A DNA stretch of 64,000 nt, from NCBI GenBank assembly GCA_963728545.1, contig CAVSKO010000002.1, forward strand, positions 2,924,477-2,988,476. The letters are read 5' to 3'. The translations under genes were made by a program, and so were the position numbers. Position 1 is the stretch's first letter, and the number at the start of each line of letters is the position of its first letter. The notes below the pieces were generated by a model that worked only from the letters and a program-made list of their open reading frames with translations, was not told the DNA's origin and searched no databases. This document shows, piece by piece, positions 38,747 through 49,700 of the stretch. This DNA comes from Blastocatellia bacterium (GTDB lineage Bacteria; Acidobacteriota; Blastocatellia; UBA7656).

Positions 38747-38861
38747 ACCTCACCGCCGCAGACACAGAGGGAGCGCAGAGAAACGTATAATCTCTGCGCC
38801 CCCGCTGCGTGCGAAGCACATCATCGGCCATATGCGTCCTCTGTGTCTCTGCGGTGAATCT
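38747..38861. repeat. Family A palindromic repeat, copy 2, with the left arm partly deleted
   Basis: CACCGCCGCAGACACAGAGGGAGCGCAGAG…CTCTGCGCCCCCGCTGCGTGCGAAGCACATCATCGGCCATATGCGTCCTCTGTGTCTCTGCGGTGAATCT. Confidence 0.65.
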
Positions 38862-38883
38862 TATTGTATTCAATTAAGCCTAA

Positions 38884-39678
38884 CTACTCGAAGTACCGCG
38901 ATTGGACGCGGTGCTGTCTCTCGATCTCTTCTAAGACCGCTTCGGGCGAAATCTGTTGGCCCGCTCCGATTCCGAGCTTAACCGCTATGGGATAGGCGAT
39001 GCGCGAGGCAAGTGCGGTGCGGTTAGGCGCGGCAAGCTCGAACCTGCGCTTGAGAAATGTCTCGATTGCGTGAATCTCGCTATCGGTCAACAGGCGCGTG
39101 TCTACTGTAAACGGCGCGGGGGCGGTTCGCTCGACCCGCTGTTGTTCTATCTCAGAGATTTTTATTATCTCGTTAAGCGAAGGGGCTTCGGTCGCGCGCT
39201 CTTTTACAACCACCGTTCCGGCCACGAAATCGCCTATGCGCTTCGAGCGCTGGCTGAAGATTATCGAGACGACCCCGATTGCGTACGACGGGACCGGTTG
39301 CAGGTCTATGATAAAGCGCAAAAGGTTGCGGATAAAGACTTCGAAAAAACGCACGGGCCGCCCGTCTTCGCGCACGACACGCAGCCGCATGATTCGCTTG
39401 CCCGGCGTCTGCCCGTTCCACAGTGTCTCGAAGGCTACGAAGTAGCCCCAGATTATTCCGAATGCGGCAAGCACCGCGAGCGCCGCCGTCCAGGTGTCCA
39501 TAGAATTAAAAAGGTTCCAACTGCTCAGAACGCCTGCAACCAATATCAGCGCCACCATCATCCCCGCCTGTATCAGGTGGTCTATAGCGGCGGCCAAAAA
39601 ACGATTGCCCACGTTGGCCAGTATGTAGTGCAGCTCGACTCGTTCGGGCGTCTCGATTACAAGCTCATCGTCTAACAT
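38884..39678 (-). CDS. RDD family membrane protein
   Basis: TM helices plus the segment …GQTPGKRIMRLRVVREDGRP…SQRSKRIGDFVAGTVVV typical of RDD-family proteins. Confidence 0.7.
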   Translation of the reverse strand: MLDDELVIETPERVELHYILANVGNRFLAAAIDHLIQAGMMVALILVAGVLSSWNLFNSMDTWTAALAVLAAFGIIWGYFVAFETLWNGQTPGKRIMRLRVVREDGRPVRFFEVFIRNLLRFIIDLQPVPSYAIGVVSIIFSQRSKRIGDFVAGTVVVKERATEAPSLNEIIKISEIEQQRVERTAPAPFTVDTRLLTDSEIHAIETFLKRRFELAAPNRTALASRIAYPIAVKLGIGAGQQISPEAVLEEIERQHRVQSRYFE

Positions 39679-39727
39679 AAAATCCTGAGTGATGAGTGAT
39701 GAGTGATGAGCAATTGTCTTTCACTCA

Positions 39728-40375
39728 TCACTTCAAAAGCGGCAGCATGAGCGAAAGCACGCTCTCGCGCGTCTGCTCGACCGGGCCGGAAGAATCGACC
39801 AGTCGGATGCGCGTCGGCTCCTCTCGCATCATCTCTAAGTATCCGTCTCGCACTCGCTCATGAAAAGCCCTTTCTTCGCGATCAAGATATTCCAGGTCCG
39901 ATTCGGGTTCGTCCGTCAGGCTCGATTTCGTGCGGCGGTTGAGGCGCGTCCGCGCCTGCGCGGGGTCGAGGTCGAAGAGGATCGTGAGGTCGGGCGTAAG
40001 CCCCTCGGTAGCAAAACGATTCATTTCATGTATGGTCGCAAGATCAAGCCCTCGCCCGTACCCTTGAAAAGCGACGCTCGAATCCGTGTAACGGTCCGAG
40101 ATGACGACGCGGTCGGCCTCCAGGGCCGGTCGTATCAATTCTCGGACGTGTTGAGCGCGGGCGGCGATTATGAGAAAAAGCTCTGTCCTGGCGGCCATCG
40201 CGTTGCCCGCTTCGGAAAGCAACCTTCGTATGCGCTCGCCCATAGCGGTCCCGCCCGGCTCGCGCGTGATGAGCGGAGAGACGCCCCGGTCATTAAGCGC
40301 ATCGGCCAGCATCTCTATCTGTGTGCTCTTGCCGCAGCCGTCTATGCCTTCAAGCGTTATGAAGAGTCCGGGCAT
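39728..40375 (-). CDS. tmk: Thymidylate kinase
   Basis: FITLEGIDGCGKSTQ P-loop and the DRY motif. 215 aa. Confidence 0.9.
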   Translation of the reverse strand: MPGLFITLEGIDGCGKSTQIEMLADALNDRGVSPLITREPGGTAMGERIRRLLSEAGNAMAARTELFLIIAARAQHVRELIRPALEADRVVISDRYTDSSVAFQGYGRGLDLATIHEMNRFATEGLTPDLTILFDLDPAQARTRLNRRTKSSLTDEPESDLEYLDREERAFHERVRDGYLEMMREEPTRIRLVDSSGPVEQTRESVLSLMLPLLK

Positions 40376-40488
40376 TCGAACACCTATTCTCCCGACCGCG
40401 CGCGCTTTGAGGGCGGGGTTAAATTATTCGGGCTGCCATCTCTCAGCGAGAGGCAGCCCGCTTTGTTATGAGCGTGCTTAAGCCCCTC

Positions 40489-40815
40489 TCAGGGTCTCTC
40501 CTGGCCTGTGGCCGAGCTGGCTTGTGATTCTCGGCTTGATTGATCCTGCTCGCGCTCGCGGTCGGAAGGGCCGGGCCGGCTGTGATGAAAATCGCGTCCG
40601 CCGCCGCGCGGTAACGACACGGTCGAGATGGCGTGTTTGAATATCAATTGCTCCTGCGATCCCGCCTCCAGTATAACGGAATACTTGTCAAAGCTTTTGA
40701 TTCTCCCCGTAAGCTTGACGCCGCTCATCAGGTAAATCGTCACGTTGCTTCGTTCTTTTCGGGCACTGTTTAGGAAGCTGTCTTGTATTGTGTTTTGTTG
40801 TGCTGTTTTTTCCAT
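40489..40815 (-). CDS. hfq: RNA chaperone Hfq
   Basis: [66 protein letters not shown] carries the Sm1/Sm2 motifs. A disordered C-terminal tail follows. Confidence 0.85.
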   Translation of the reverse strand: MEKTAQQNTIQDSFLNSARKERSNVTIYLMSGVKLTGRIKSFDKYSVILEAGSQEQLIFKHAISTVSLPRGGGRDFHHSRPGPSDREREQDQSSRESQASSATGQERP

Positions 40816-40968
40816 AGTTATGTGTCCCCCAAGAAAAAAGTTGTCAGGGTGATTGAAAGCTAACACAAATATCTGAGTGCGAGCAAGGGTTTACGCTCGC
40901 CGCGCTTGACACTCGACGGCCAATAACATACAAACTAAAATTTGATCTAGAGTCGAAGGAGACCCGTC

Positions 40969-41919
40969 ATGTTCATACTGCGCCCCTCGTCGCCGTTCAG
41001 AAGCCAGGAGCTTGATTCATCCGAAGAAACAGAGGAGCTAAAAGCCGACGAGCATTTTGTGGACGTGGGGCTGCCGATTCCTGAAACTTATGAAATCGAC
41101 ATCATCCGCGCGTTGATACAAGACCCTTTTCGCATATTCATCTACTGGGAGGTGCGCAAAGAGAGCCTCGATGCGCTCACGCAATACTTTTTGCCCGAAG
41201 ATGTCGCGACGTTTGAAGTCGTGCTGAGGCTACTGGAAACCGAGGGCCGAAACGAAGCATTCTTCAATGTCAGCCACACCGGCCGGTACTGGATGATGGT
41301 CTTCCCCGACCGCCAGTACGAATTCGAGATAGGCGTGCGCTCGCCCGTCCACGGTTACATACCGCTCGTGCGCTCGAATCGCGTGCGCACGCCGCGCGGA
41401 ACAGTTTCGCCCGAGCGGGCCGAAGATAGCGAATATCGTTTGGAGCCCGCCCAGTTCGTCGAGGTGATCGAGGCTTCGGGATTTGCGCCCGAGCAATCAT
41501 TAAACATCACGGTCGCGCCGATCCCGGGCGCGACGGCCGGCGATGACTTGATCGAGAAGAGCGTTCGGCGGCTCCCGCCGACTGTGCGCGAGGCGATAAT
41601 GGTTGCGGCAGACGGCGGTGAGCTTACGGCTGAAATGATAGAGCGGTTTCCCGAGCCCCTGAGAAGCGAGCTGATGAAGTTGTTGGAGGCGGGCGATGGC
41701 CGGGTCGCTTCGGTAGGGCTTACACACTACTTGCCGGAGCTTTTGCGCGAGGCATTGGAAGATGAGCGCGAGATATTGGGTGATCACCTACACCCGCTGC
41801 ACATCACGCAGAAATTTCTTCTCGGCGGGAGTGAAAACGTCGCGCGGCCCGGCGGCGACCTGCGCTTGCCCGGTCTCCCCCGTCGCCCGTCTAGCCCGGA
41901 ATTGATTCGCGGAAGCTAA
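40969..41919 (+). CDS. DUF4912-like protein, often found next to GH57 glucan enzymes
   Basis: Weak recognition only: the N-terminal pattern …IRALIQDPFRIFIYWEV… and the position directly upstream of the GH57 gene. Confidence 0.4.
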   Translation: MFILRPSSPFRSQELDSSEETEELKADEHFVDVGLPIPETYEIDIIRALIQDPFRIFIYWEVRKESLDALTQYFLPEDVATFEVVLRLLETEGRNEAFFNVSHTGRYWMMVFPDRQYEFEIGVRSPVHGYIPLVRSNRVRTPRGTVSPERAEDSEYRLEPAQFVEVIEASGFAPEQSLNITVAPIPGATAGDDLIEKSVRRLPPTVREAIMVAADGGELTAEMIERFPEPLRSELMKLLEAGDGRVASVGLTHYLPELLREALEDEREILGDHLHPLHITQKFLLGGSENVARPGGDLRLPGLPRRPSSPELIRGS

Positions 41920-41947
41920 ACAACGACTCTAAAATCCAAAATGTAAA

Positions 41948-43585
41948 ATGGAACAAGGACTGCTCGGCATAATTCTCCACGCACACCTGCCTTTCGTGCG
42001 CCATTCCGAATACCCGGAATTTCTGGAAGAGGACTGGCTGTACGAAGCCATCAGCGAGACATACATACCGCTGCTGAACGTCTTTGAAGGGCTGGCCCTG
42101 GACGGCGTGAAGGCGCGCGTGACTATGGGTCTGACGCCGCCGCTGTGCGAGATGTTGTCGGACACGTTGCTTCAACAGCGCTACCTGAAGCATGTCACAA
42201 AGCTTGTCGAGCTTTGCGAAAGCGAAGTCATGCGCACCGCCAAGCACCCGTCGATGAACGAGACGGCAAGGATGTACCTCGCGCATTTTTCGACTGCGCG
42301 GGAGCTGTTTGAAAACCGCTACAAGGGCAACCTCCTCTCGGGCTTTCGCGCGCTTCAAGAGGCGGGCGCAATCGAGATAATAACCAGCGGCGCGACCCAC
42401 GGATTTCTGCCGCTGATGACCCGGACGGAAGCTCGCCGCGCGCAGATTGAAGTGGGGCGGCTCAATTACCGGAAGCATTTCAATCGCGCGCCGCGCGGAA
42501 TATGGCTCCCGGAGTGCGCTTATATCACGGGCGTAGATTCGCTTCTCGCCCAGGCCGATTTGAAATTCTTTATCATAGATGCTCACGCCGTCATGTTCGG
42601 CACGCCGCAGCCGCGACGCGGAATCTACGCTCCGACGATCACGCCCGCGGGCGTCGCGGCCTTTGCCCGCGATGTCGAGACGAGCCAGCAGGTGTGGAGC
42701 GCCGAGACGGGCTATCCCGGCGACCCGGATTACAGGGAGTTTTATCGCGACCTCGGATTCGACGGCGATTACGATTACATCAAACCCTTCCTGCACGGCG
42801 ACGGCGTCCGTCGCAACCTGGGGATAAAGTATTACCGAGTGACGGGCAAGGTCGATCTGGGGCTGAAGCTGCCTTACGTGCCGTCGTGGGCGACAGGGAA
42901 AACGGCCTCGCACGCAAATCACTTTCTCGAAAAACGCCAGGCACAGGCGCGACAGCTCCATGCCGCCATAGGGCGCAAGCCTATGATCGTTTCCCCTTAT
43001 GACGCCGAGCTGTTCGGCCACTGGTGGTTTGAAGGGCCGCAGTTCTTAAACTACCTGATACGCAAGATTCATTTCGACCAGTCGGAGATCAGGCTTGCCA
43101 CTCCCATAGATTACCTCGACGAGTACCCTGATAATCAGAGGCAGGAGCTTGCAAGCTCATCCTGGGGCGCGGAAGGTTATTACCGCGTCTGGATCAACGG
43201 CGAGACCGAATGGATGTACATGCACCAGCACATTGCGGAAGACCGCATGATCGAGCTTGCCCGCGAGCACCCCGCAGCGGAAGGGCTGCTGAGGCGTGCG
43301 CTCAATCAAGCCGCGCGCGAATTGCTGCTGGCCGAATCTTCCGACTGGGCCTTTATCATCACGACCGGGACGATGGTGCAATACGCCATCAAGCGGTTCC
43401 GCGATCACATACACCGCTTCAACCGGTTGTACGATATGATAAAGAGCCGCGATATAAACGAATCGTGGCTTGCGGAAGTCGAATCGCGCGACAGCATATT
43501 TCAAGAGATAGATTATCGCGTCTACTGCGAACAGGATTCGCCGGGGCGAACCCTTGCGCTCGGCGTCACTTCTGTTTCACGTTGA
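41948..43585 (+). CDS. Glycoside hydrolase family 57, 1,4-alpha-glucan branching-enzyme type
   Basis: GIILHAHLPFVRHSEYPEF…EDWLYEAISETYIPLL… is a GH57 N-terminal signature. …CAYITGVD… and WGAEGYYRVW also fit. The protein is 545 aa. Confidence 0.8.
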   Translation: MEQGLLGIILHAHLPFVRHSEYPEFLEEDWLYEAISETYIPLLNVFEGLALDGVKARVTMGLTPPLCEMLSDTLLQQRYLKHVTKLVELCESEVMRTAKHPSMNETARMYLAHFSTARELFENRYKGNLLSGFRALQEAGAIEIITSGATHGFLPLMTRTEARRAQIEVGRLNYRKHFNRAPRGIWLPECAYITGVDSLLAQADLKFFIIDAHAVMFGTPQPRRGIYAPTITPAGVAAFARDVETSQQVWSAETGYPGDPDYREFYRDLGFDGDYDYIKPFLHGDGVRRNLGIKYYRVTGKVDLGLKLPYVPSWATGKTASHANHFLEKRQAQARQLHAAIGRKPMIVSPYDAELFGHWWFEGPQFLNYLIRKIHFDQSEIRLATPIDYLDEYPDNQRQELASSSWGAEGYYRVWINGETEWMYMHQHIAEDRMIELAREHPAAEGLLRRALNQAARELLLAESSDWAFIITTGTMVQYAIKRFRDHIHRFNRLYDMIKSRDINESWLAEVESRDSIFQEIDYRVYCEQDSPGRTLALGVTSVSR

Positions 43586-43710
43586 CCTTCTTGCCCGACG
43601 AGGAGGTTATAACTCCGTCCCTGGCCGATCCCGTCGTATTTTCCATCACGACGAAGGTGAGCGTTGCGCTGCCTACCCCTCTGGTCGTTAGAAGGCGTAG
43701 TCAAGCAAAA

Positions 43711-46700
43711 TCAATTTGCAGTCTGCTTCACGTTAAACTTTTTCCCGGCTATGGTTATCACCCCGTTTCGCCCCGTCCCTGTCGCATTCGGCTCGACCGT
43801 GTAGGTGATTGCCCCGTTGCCTATGCCGCAGCAATTCGACGTGATCGTGATCCACGGGACATCGCTCGTTGATTGCCACGCGCAACTTGCGCCCGCACTC
43901 ACGTTGATGATGCTCGCGCCTCCCGAGGCTCCAAATACGATGAACGACGGAGAGAGGGTAAAACTGCAAACGGGCGCGTTCTTTCTGTTTTGAGTGATAT
44001 TGAAGGTTTGTCCGGCAACGGTGATAGTCCCTGTGCGAGGTAGCGGATCGAAATTGTCTCTCACAAGGTAGGTCACGGCGTCGGGGCCCATGCCTGTAGC
44101 ATCCGAAGTTATAGTTATCCAGCTCGCGTTACTCGTCGCCGTCCAGCTACAGTTAGAAGGGGCTGTAACTTTGATGCTTCCCTCGCCGCCTGCGCCCGAG
44201 AAAAACTGGCTGGTCGGGAAGATCGGGAACGAAGCGGTACAACAGTTATTCAGCAAGACCGAGACGTTCGTTGAGACGAAATTCGTCACAGCCAGATCGA
44301 GCTTGCCGTCGCCTGAAAGATCGCCGACAGCAATGCCCTGTGGAACAGTCCCGGTGTCGAAACCGGTGGGCGGGCCAAAGCTGCCTGTTCCTGTGCCTGG
44401 AAGTATGGAGACTTTATTCAAGCTTTCAACCGAAACGGCCAGGTCGTTTATGCCGTCACCGTTTACATCTCCGACGGCGACATAGGAGGGATTGGCCCCA
44501 ACAGCAAAATTAGTAGCCGCGCCGAAGCTCCCCACCCCATCGCCTAACAGAACAGATACATTGCTTGAAGTGTAATTCGTCGTTGCCAGATCGCCCTTGC
44601 TGTCATTGTTGAAATCGCCTGTAGCAATACTGATCGGGTTGAACCCTACTATGAAACTGGACAGAGGACCGAAGCTTCCGGTCCCCGTGCCGAGCAGGAT
44701 AGAGACGTTGCTATTATCAAAACTCGATACGGCAAGATCCGCCTTGCCGTCCGAGTTGAAGTCCGCTACGGCGACTCCCGAAGGGCTCGCCCCGACCGCG
44801 ACATTAATCGCAGCCGCGAAGCTCCCGGTCCCCGTGCCGAGCAGGATAGAGACGTTATTTGAGGTGCTATTTACGACCGCAATATCCGCCTCGCCGTCCG
44901 AGTTGAAATCGCCGACCGCAACCGCGAGGGGATTCGTTCCGACGCCGAAATTTGTGGGTGCGCCGAACGTGCCGGTCCCCGTGCCGAGCAGGATAGAGAC
45001 GTTCGCGGAGTCGAAGATCGATACGGCCAGATCGAGATTGTTGTCATTGTTGAAATCGCCGACCGCAACCGCAGTGGGAGAAGACCCGGCTGCGAAATTT
45101 GCCGCAGCCGCGAAGCTTCCGGTCCCCGTGTTCAAGAAAATCGAAACGACCGAAGAGTCGCGGTTAGCAACAGCCAGGTCGAGGGCGCTGTCTGAGTTGA
45201 AGTTCCCCATAGCGACTCTGATCGGACCCGCGACGGCTCCGTAGTTGACGGCTGCGGCAAAGCTCGGCGCGGCGCAGGGACTGGCCTGTGACACGGTTAC
45301 GGTGTAGCTGCGACTCCCTTTGCAGCCGCCGCTATCGGTAGCGGTCACCGTGAAGGTGAAGCTGCCGGGCGCGGTAGGCGTTCCGGCAAGCGCGCCGCCC
45401 GAAGATAGCGTCAAACCCGTCGGCAAACCGCCGACCGACACTGCAAAGTTGTACGGAGGCGTGCCGCCGCTTGCAGTGATCGTCTGGTTATAGGCTGTGC
45501 CGACAGTTCCCGAAGGAAGCGCGAGCGGCGCGAGCGTGATTGAGGGACAGACCTGCAAGCAGGCCGAGAACTCGGAGCTGTTATTGCCGGGGTCCGTCGC
45601 TATGGCTGTAATCAATTGCCCCACAGGGACCGCCGTTGCGAGGGTGGCCTCGATAGCTGCTATCCCGTTGCCGTCGGTCATCACCGTCGTCGAGCCGAGC
45701 GGTGTCGCGCCTTCGCCGTGCATTGAGCTGTCGCACGATGTGTTTGAGAAGAACTCTACGACGAATTGAGTATTAGCCGCGCTGTTGAGAGTCCCCCGTA
45801 CTGTTGTACTGCTGCCGTTGTTAATTGCAGAGGACAAGACGGGGAAGTTCTGCAAGTTGTTCGGCCCCGAATCCGCATCCATCGGGTCGTTCGGCGTAAC
45901 CCCGTCGGCGCCGAGGTTAATGCCCAGGCCGCCGTTTGAATGGATCGAATCGCTGCGAATCAGATTGCCCGTGCCCGTAAGGATTTGAACTCCGCTGTCG
46001 CCATTGAAAGCGATAATGTTGCCCGCGCCGGGCGCGCTGCCGCCGATTGTGTTGTTACTCCCGCTTATTGAAATGCCGTCGCCGCCGTTGCCCAGCGCGC
46101 CTGTGCCCGCAACGTTTGTGCCGACATAGTTGCATTGGATCGTGTTGTTGCCGCTCGTATTAGTCTGGATGCCTCCGCCTCCGAAGCGGTTGATGACAAG
46201 CCCTTGCACGGTGCTGTTGCCCGCGTTTACGACAACCCCGATTGCGCCTGCGCCTGCGTTTGTGCCGTTTAATTCGATGATCGGCGTCGATGTAAATCCA
46301 GGTTGCGTCTTGCCGTCGATTATGACAGGGTCGGTGATCGCAGGCAGCGGCGAAGAGGGCGTGATCGTCTGTGCGCCTGTCCCTATGGAGAAGTTGATTC
46401 TGTTCACGCCCGCAAAGGCATTCGCCTGTTGAAGGGCCGCGCGCAATGTGCAGAAGCCCGTGCCGTCATTACAGGCCATATCGGAGAGGTTGTTGTCGCC
46501 CGCGTCGCCCGTCGAATTAACCACGAACGTGCCCGAAAAATTCTGCTTGCACGCGGAAAACTCGGAAGTGTTGCCCGCAGGGTCTGTCGCCGTCGCGGTG
46601 ACTACGTGACCGGCGGGAACGCTGCCCGCGAACGGAATGATGAATGACACGTTGCCCGTCGCATCGGTCGTGACATTCATCGTGCCTAAGAAGGTCTGCC

Positions 46701-49700
46701 CTTCGCCGTTTCCCGACCCGTCACAGCCCGGCTGTGAGAAGAATTCGAGCCTGAACGTAGTGTTTGCATTGCTGTTGAGGCTGCCCGTGACGGTGACGGT
46801 AGTCGTTAGCGATGAAGTAATAACGGGGAAGTTTTGCAGGGTGTTGGCTCCCAGGTCCGCGTCGCCCGCATCGTTCGGTGTGACGCCGCGCGTCGTCCCA
46901 TCAGGGCTTAAATCGATCCCAAGCCCTGTGTTTGAGAAGATAGAATTTGAAAGAATCCTGACGACTCCACCCGCGCGTACGAACACGCCGTCTTCGCCGT
47001 TGAAGGCTATCACATTGCCCGCACCCGCCGCAGTCCCGCCTATAGTGTTATTGCTCATTGCGGCAACCCCGTTAACGTGAACGCCGTTCATACTGTTAGG
47101 CAGCGGGCTTGCGCCGTCGGCTTTTGTGCCTATGAAATTGCCCTGCACGAGAATTCCTGTGCCACCTGGAAGGAATTCAATGCCGTTCTGGTTGTTGCCC
47201 GATATGACATTTCGGGCCGCAGCCACAGTTCCTCCGATTGTGTTGTTGGGCGCAGTAATGAGAATGCCGTTAATCGTGTTGCCTAGGTCGAGCGTGCCTG
47301 TAACATCCGTCCCTATGAAGTTGCCCTGAATGGCGTTGTTCTGCCCGATACCGACGAGGCCTATGCCTTGTTCATTATTGCCGGATATGAGGTTGCCCGC
47401 GCCCGCCGCAGTCCCTCCGATAGTATTGCCTGGACTGCCGATTATACCGACGCCGCTCCCATTGTTGCCCAGGTCGAGCGTGCCCGTAACGTCCGTCCCT
47501 ATGAAGTTGCCTTGCACGAGATTTCCGGTTGAGGTGCCGCCCATAATCTCTACGCCGTTACGGTTGTTGCCTGAAATTAAATTGCGCGCCGCGACCACAG
47601 TCCCGCCGATTGTGTTATTCGAGCCGGGGTTGATGAACACGCCGTCCATTGAGTTTCCGCGATCCAGGGTTCCTGATGAATCCGTTCCGATGATGTTGCC
47701 CTGAACTTGCGTTCCCGTGCTCGTGATTTCGATGCCGTGCCGCCCGTTGTCAGAGATCAAATTGCCTGCGCCGCCGGTTGTTCCCCCAATCACATTGTTT
47801 TGCGCAGCGACAAGCAGGCCATTATTACCATTGCCAAGTTCATTGATTCCGTTGGCGGCCAGACCAATGATGTTGCCTTGAACGGTATTTCCTGTCGCGC
47901 TTGCCCCGCCGATCTGAATGCCGTGAGAGCCGTTGCCTGAGATCACATTGCGCGCGGCTGCGGTAGTTCCCCCAATCACGTTGCCGGGCGCGTTGTTTAT
48001 ATTGATGCCTGCCGCGCTATTGCCCCGGTCGAGCGTGCCTGTGACATCCGTGCCGATAAGGTTTCCTTGCACCTGCGTTCCGCTACAGTTGCTGGTGATC
48101 ATTATGCCGTTACTTCCATTGGCGCATATGATATTGCGCGCCCCCGCCGTCGTTCCGCCGATAATGGTGTTGGGCGCATTTGTAATATCTATGCCGGAGC
48201 CCGAATTGCCTAAAGCGTTTGCGCCTGTGACATCCGTGCCTATGTAGTTCCCGCGCACAATGCTGCCGGCCCCCGGATTGATAACGATTCCCGAACCGGT
48301 ATTGCCGGAGATTATATTGCGCGCTGCGACAGACAATCCGCCTATGGTAGTGTTGTCGGCTGAGACGAACAGGCCGCCTAAGCCATTGTCTCTGCGTATA
48401 GTGCCCGTCAAATCCGTGCCGATATAATTGCCTTCAATCAACATGTTGCTGCCGAATGCCAGTTGAATCCCCCTTTGACTGAAGCGATTTATCACCAATC
48501 CGCGCACGGCGCTGTTGGCGGCTATTATCAAGAGTCCGTTCACGCCTGCGCCTGCGCCTGCGCCGTTCAGCTCGATAATCGGCTTGCCTGCAAACCCCGG
48601 CTGAGTTGTGCCGTCAATGAGGGTCGTCTCATTGACCGACGGCAGGGCTGAAGTCGGGGCGATTGTCTGCGCTCCTCCCCCTCCTATTTCAAAGGCAATC
48701 GTATTTGCGCCTGCGGTTGCATTGGACTGTTGAATCGCTGCCCGCAGCGTACAATTGCCCGAGCCATCGTTGCAGATTCCGTCGCCCAGGTTGTTGTCAC
48801 CCGCGTCGCCTGTTGAGGTGACGACAAAGAAACCGGTCGCTGAAGTGACTTGAACGCACGAAGAAAACTCGGAAGTGTTGTTTGCGGGATCGGTTGCCGT
48901 AGCGGTGATGAACCGGCCCGAAATGACTGTCGCGAAGGCTGTGAAGTTTATATTTGCATTGCCGCCGCCGTCGGTCAGGATTGTCGTCGAGCCGAAAAGG
49001 GTCTGCCCCTCGCCGTTGTTCGAGCCGTCACAAGCGCTGTTGTAGAAAAACTCTATAGTGAATGTCGTATTAGCCGTACTGTTGAGCGACCCCACGACGG
49101 TTGTGCCCGGCCCCGAAGCGGCCGAAGTCAACACGGGAAAGTTTTGTAGATTATTGGAACCCGTGTCGCCGTCTCCCGAATCGTTCGCCGTCACTCCCGT
49201 CGGCGCAAGGTTAATGCCCGGACCGGCGTTCGAGAAGATCGAATTCCCGCTTATGGAATTCCCTGTGCCGGTATTGACAAAGACCCCTGCGGCTCCGTTG
49301 AATGCTATGAGATTTGCAGCGCCGCTTACGCTCCCGCCGATACTGTTATTGCTTGCGAAACCGAAAATCGAGAAGCCGGTTAGAAAAACTCCGTGCGAGT
49401 TATTTCCGAGCGCAGAAGTCCCGTTCGCCTGTGTGCCGATAAAGTTGCCTTGCACTAAATTCTGATTGCTCGCGAATATCTCGACGCCGCCATGAGTGCT
49501 TGAGGTCGTGTTTCCCGAAATGACGTTGCGCGCGGCGGTCGTCGTGCCGCCTACGGTGTGGCTGTTTCCCTGAAAGAGGAAGACACCCATCTGAGCGTTC
49601 GGGAGGGCCGAGGTCCCTGCGGCGTTCGTGCCAACATAATTGCCCTGGACCAGATGTCCTGTCGCGCTGGTTCCATCTATCCGAATGCCTTCGTCGTTCG

